In this document: piece by piece, positions 63,368-64,000 of the stretch | How the letters are laid out: each line of letters begins with the position of its first letter | Position numbering within the stretch: position 1 is the stretch's first letter | Source of the DNA: an uncultured Acidobacteriota bacterium | GTDB lineage: Bacteria > Actinomycetota > Acidimicrobiia > Spongiisociales > ZC4RG35 | Assembly: GCA_963828465.1 (NCBI GenBank) | Contig: CAWHEU010000022.1 | Coordinates: 320,001 to 384,000, forward strand | Reading direction: 5' to 3' | Length of the DNA stretch: 64,000 bases | Translations under genes and position numbers: made by a program | Notes under the pieces: generated by a model | What the model saw: the letters and a program-made list of their open reading frames with translations, nothing else | What the model was told of the DNA's origin: nothing | Database searches by the model: none

Positions 63368-64000
63368 ATGAAACGGAGCGCTTCGGCATTGGTGCTGGTC
63401 ATGCTCGCGGCTCCTAAGCGCATGTGACGCCACGACCTCTCTGGAGGCCACACCGGGGGCGGTGAGGGCCGGTGTGTGTCCTCGACCCCATGATCAGGTG
63501 ACAGGACCATCGGCCGATCAGGCTTGGGGCAGCGTGACTCCGGTGGCCAAGGGCGTCGAGTACACCGTCAACGCCGGATTCACTGCCACCATCTGCGCCA
63601 AGGGCGGAGACGACTACACCATCGTGACCGGTGTCGTCGGCCCGGCATCTGGATATGTCGAGACACCGGAGAACGATGGCGGGAACATCCCCGATCTGTC
63701 GCATTGGTCGGTGACGGACGTCACCGGCAGTTCGTCGTCGTCTAGTTCGTCGTCGTCTAGTTCGTCGTCGTCTAGTTCTTCGTCGTCTAGTTCTTCGTCT
63801 AGTTCTTCGTCTAGTTCTTCGTCTAGTTCTTCGTCTAGTTCTTCGTCTAGTTCGTCCTCGTCGTCCACCTCAACACTTGGCGGTGGGCCCCCGATCACCG
63901 AGGGCGGAGGGGGAGATCCCACGACCACTGCTGGCGAAGGTGGGGCCACCACCACGGTGGAGGTCGGCGCAGGTGGTCTGACCACGACGCCAGATGGCGA
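63368..64000 (+). CDS. Putative lipoprotein with poly-Ser linker (apparent +1 frameshift near 63409; runs off the window)
   Basis: Removing one G gives MKRSASALVLVMLALLSAC (lipobox)...GVEYTVNAGFTATICAKGGDDY...NDGGNIPDLSHW, then Ser x46 and a Thr/Gly-rich tail. Confidence 0.6.
63729..63866 (+). repeat. Tandem 15-bp (AGTTC[G/T]TCGTCGTCT x4) and 12-bp (AGTTCTTCGTCT x5) repeats encoding poly-Ser
   Basis: Seen directly; 138 bp, 46 consecutive Ser codons. Confidence 0.92.

Noticed and set aside
63614-63985. Minus-strand ORF with DEEL/DDEL repeats
   Set aside because: It is the antisense reading of the poly-Ser tract; the plus frame has a lipoprotein signal and a coherent domain.
56516-64000. Island integrated at tRNA-Ala
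   Set aside because: The genes look accessory, but no integrase, transposase or att duplication is visible within the window.

Overview
High-GC actinobacterial chromosome segment. F420 genes (cofD/cofE, a deazaflavin nitroreductase), mreBCD-mrdA-rodA and the gene order suggest class Acidimicrobiia (inference). It is mostly housekeeping: the cofED/glycosyltransferase/manB/ahcY block, secA-prfB-ftsEX-smpB-tmRNA, rph-rdgB-ndh, seven tRNAs, tig-clpP-clpX, folC-ndk-mre-rodA-tdk-rne-rplU-rpmA-obgE and nadD-rsfS. No integrase, transposase or CRISPR array was seen. Nine genes are broken by apparent single-base insertions, most likely assembly errors. Main points of interest: (1) a tandem GAPDH pair whose upstream copy lacks the catalytic Cys and His but keeps the NAD-binding motif; (2) a c-di-GMP-II-like riboswitch in front of an LPXTG-anchored protein with about 11 acidic two-Cys repeats; (3) two unannotated, extensively base-paired intergenic elements, one between rsfS and tRNA-Ala containing a 59-aa ORF and one in the osmC leader; (4) a free-standing HTH/LAGLIDADG-like gene between divergent tRNA genes; (5) probable non-canonical start codons (GTA for rsfS, CTG for a flavoprotein) and widespread leaderless promoters. 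All calls come from reading the sequence; no database search or folding program was run.
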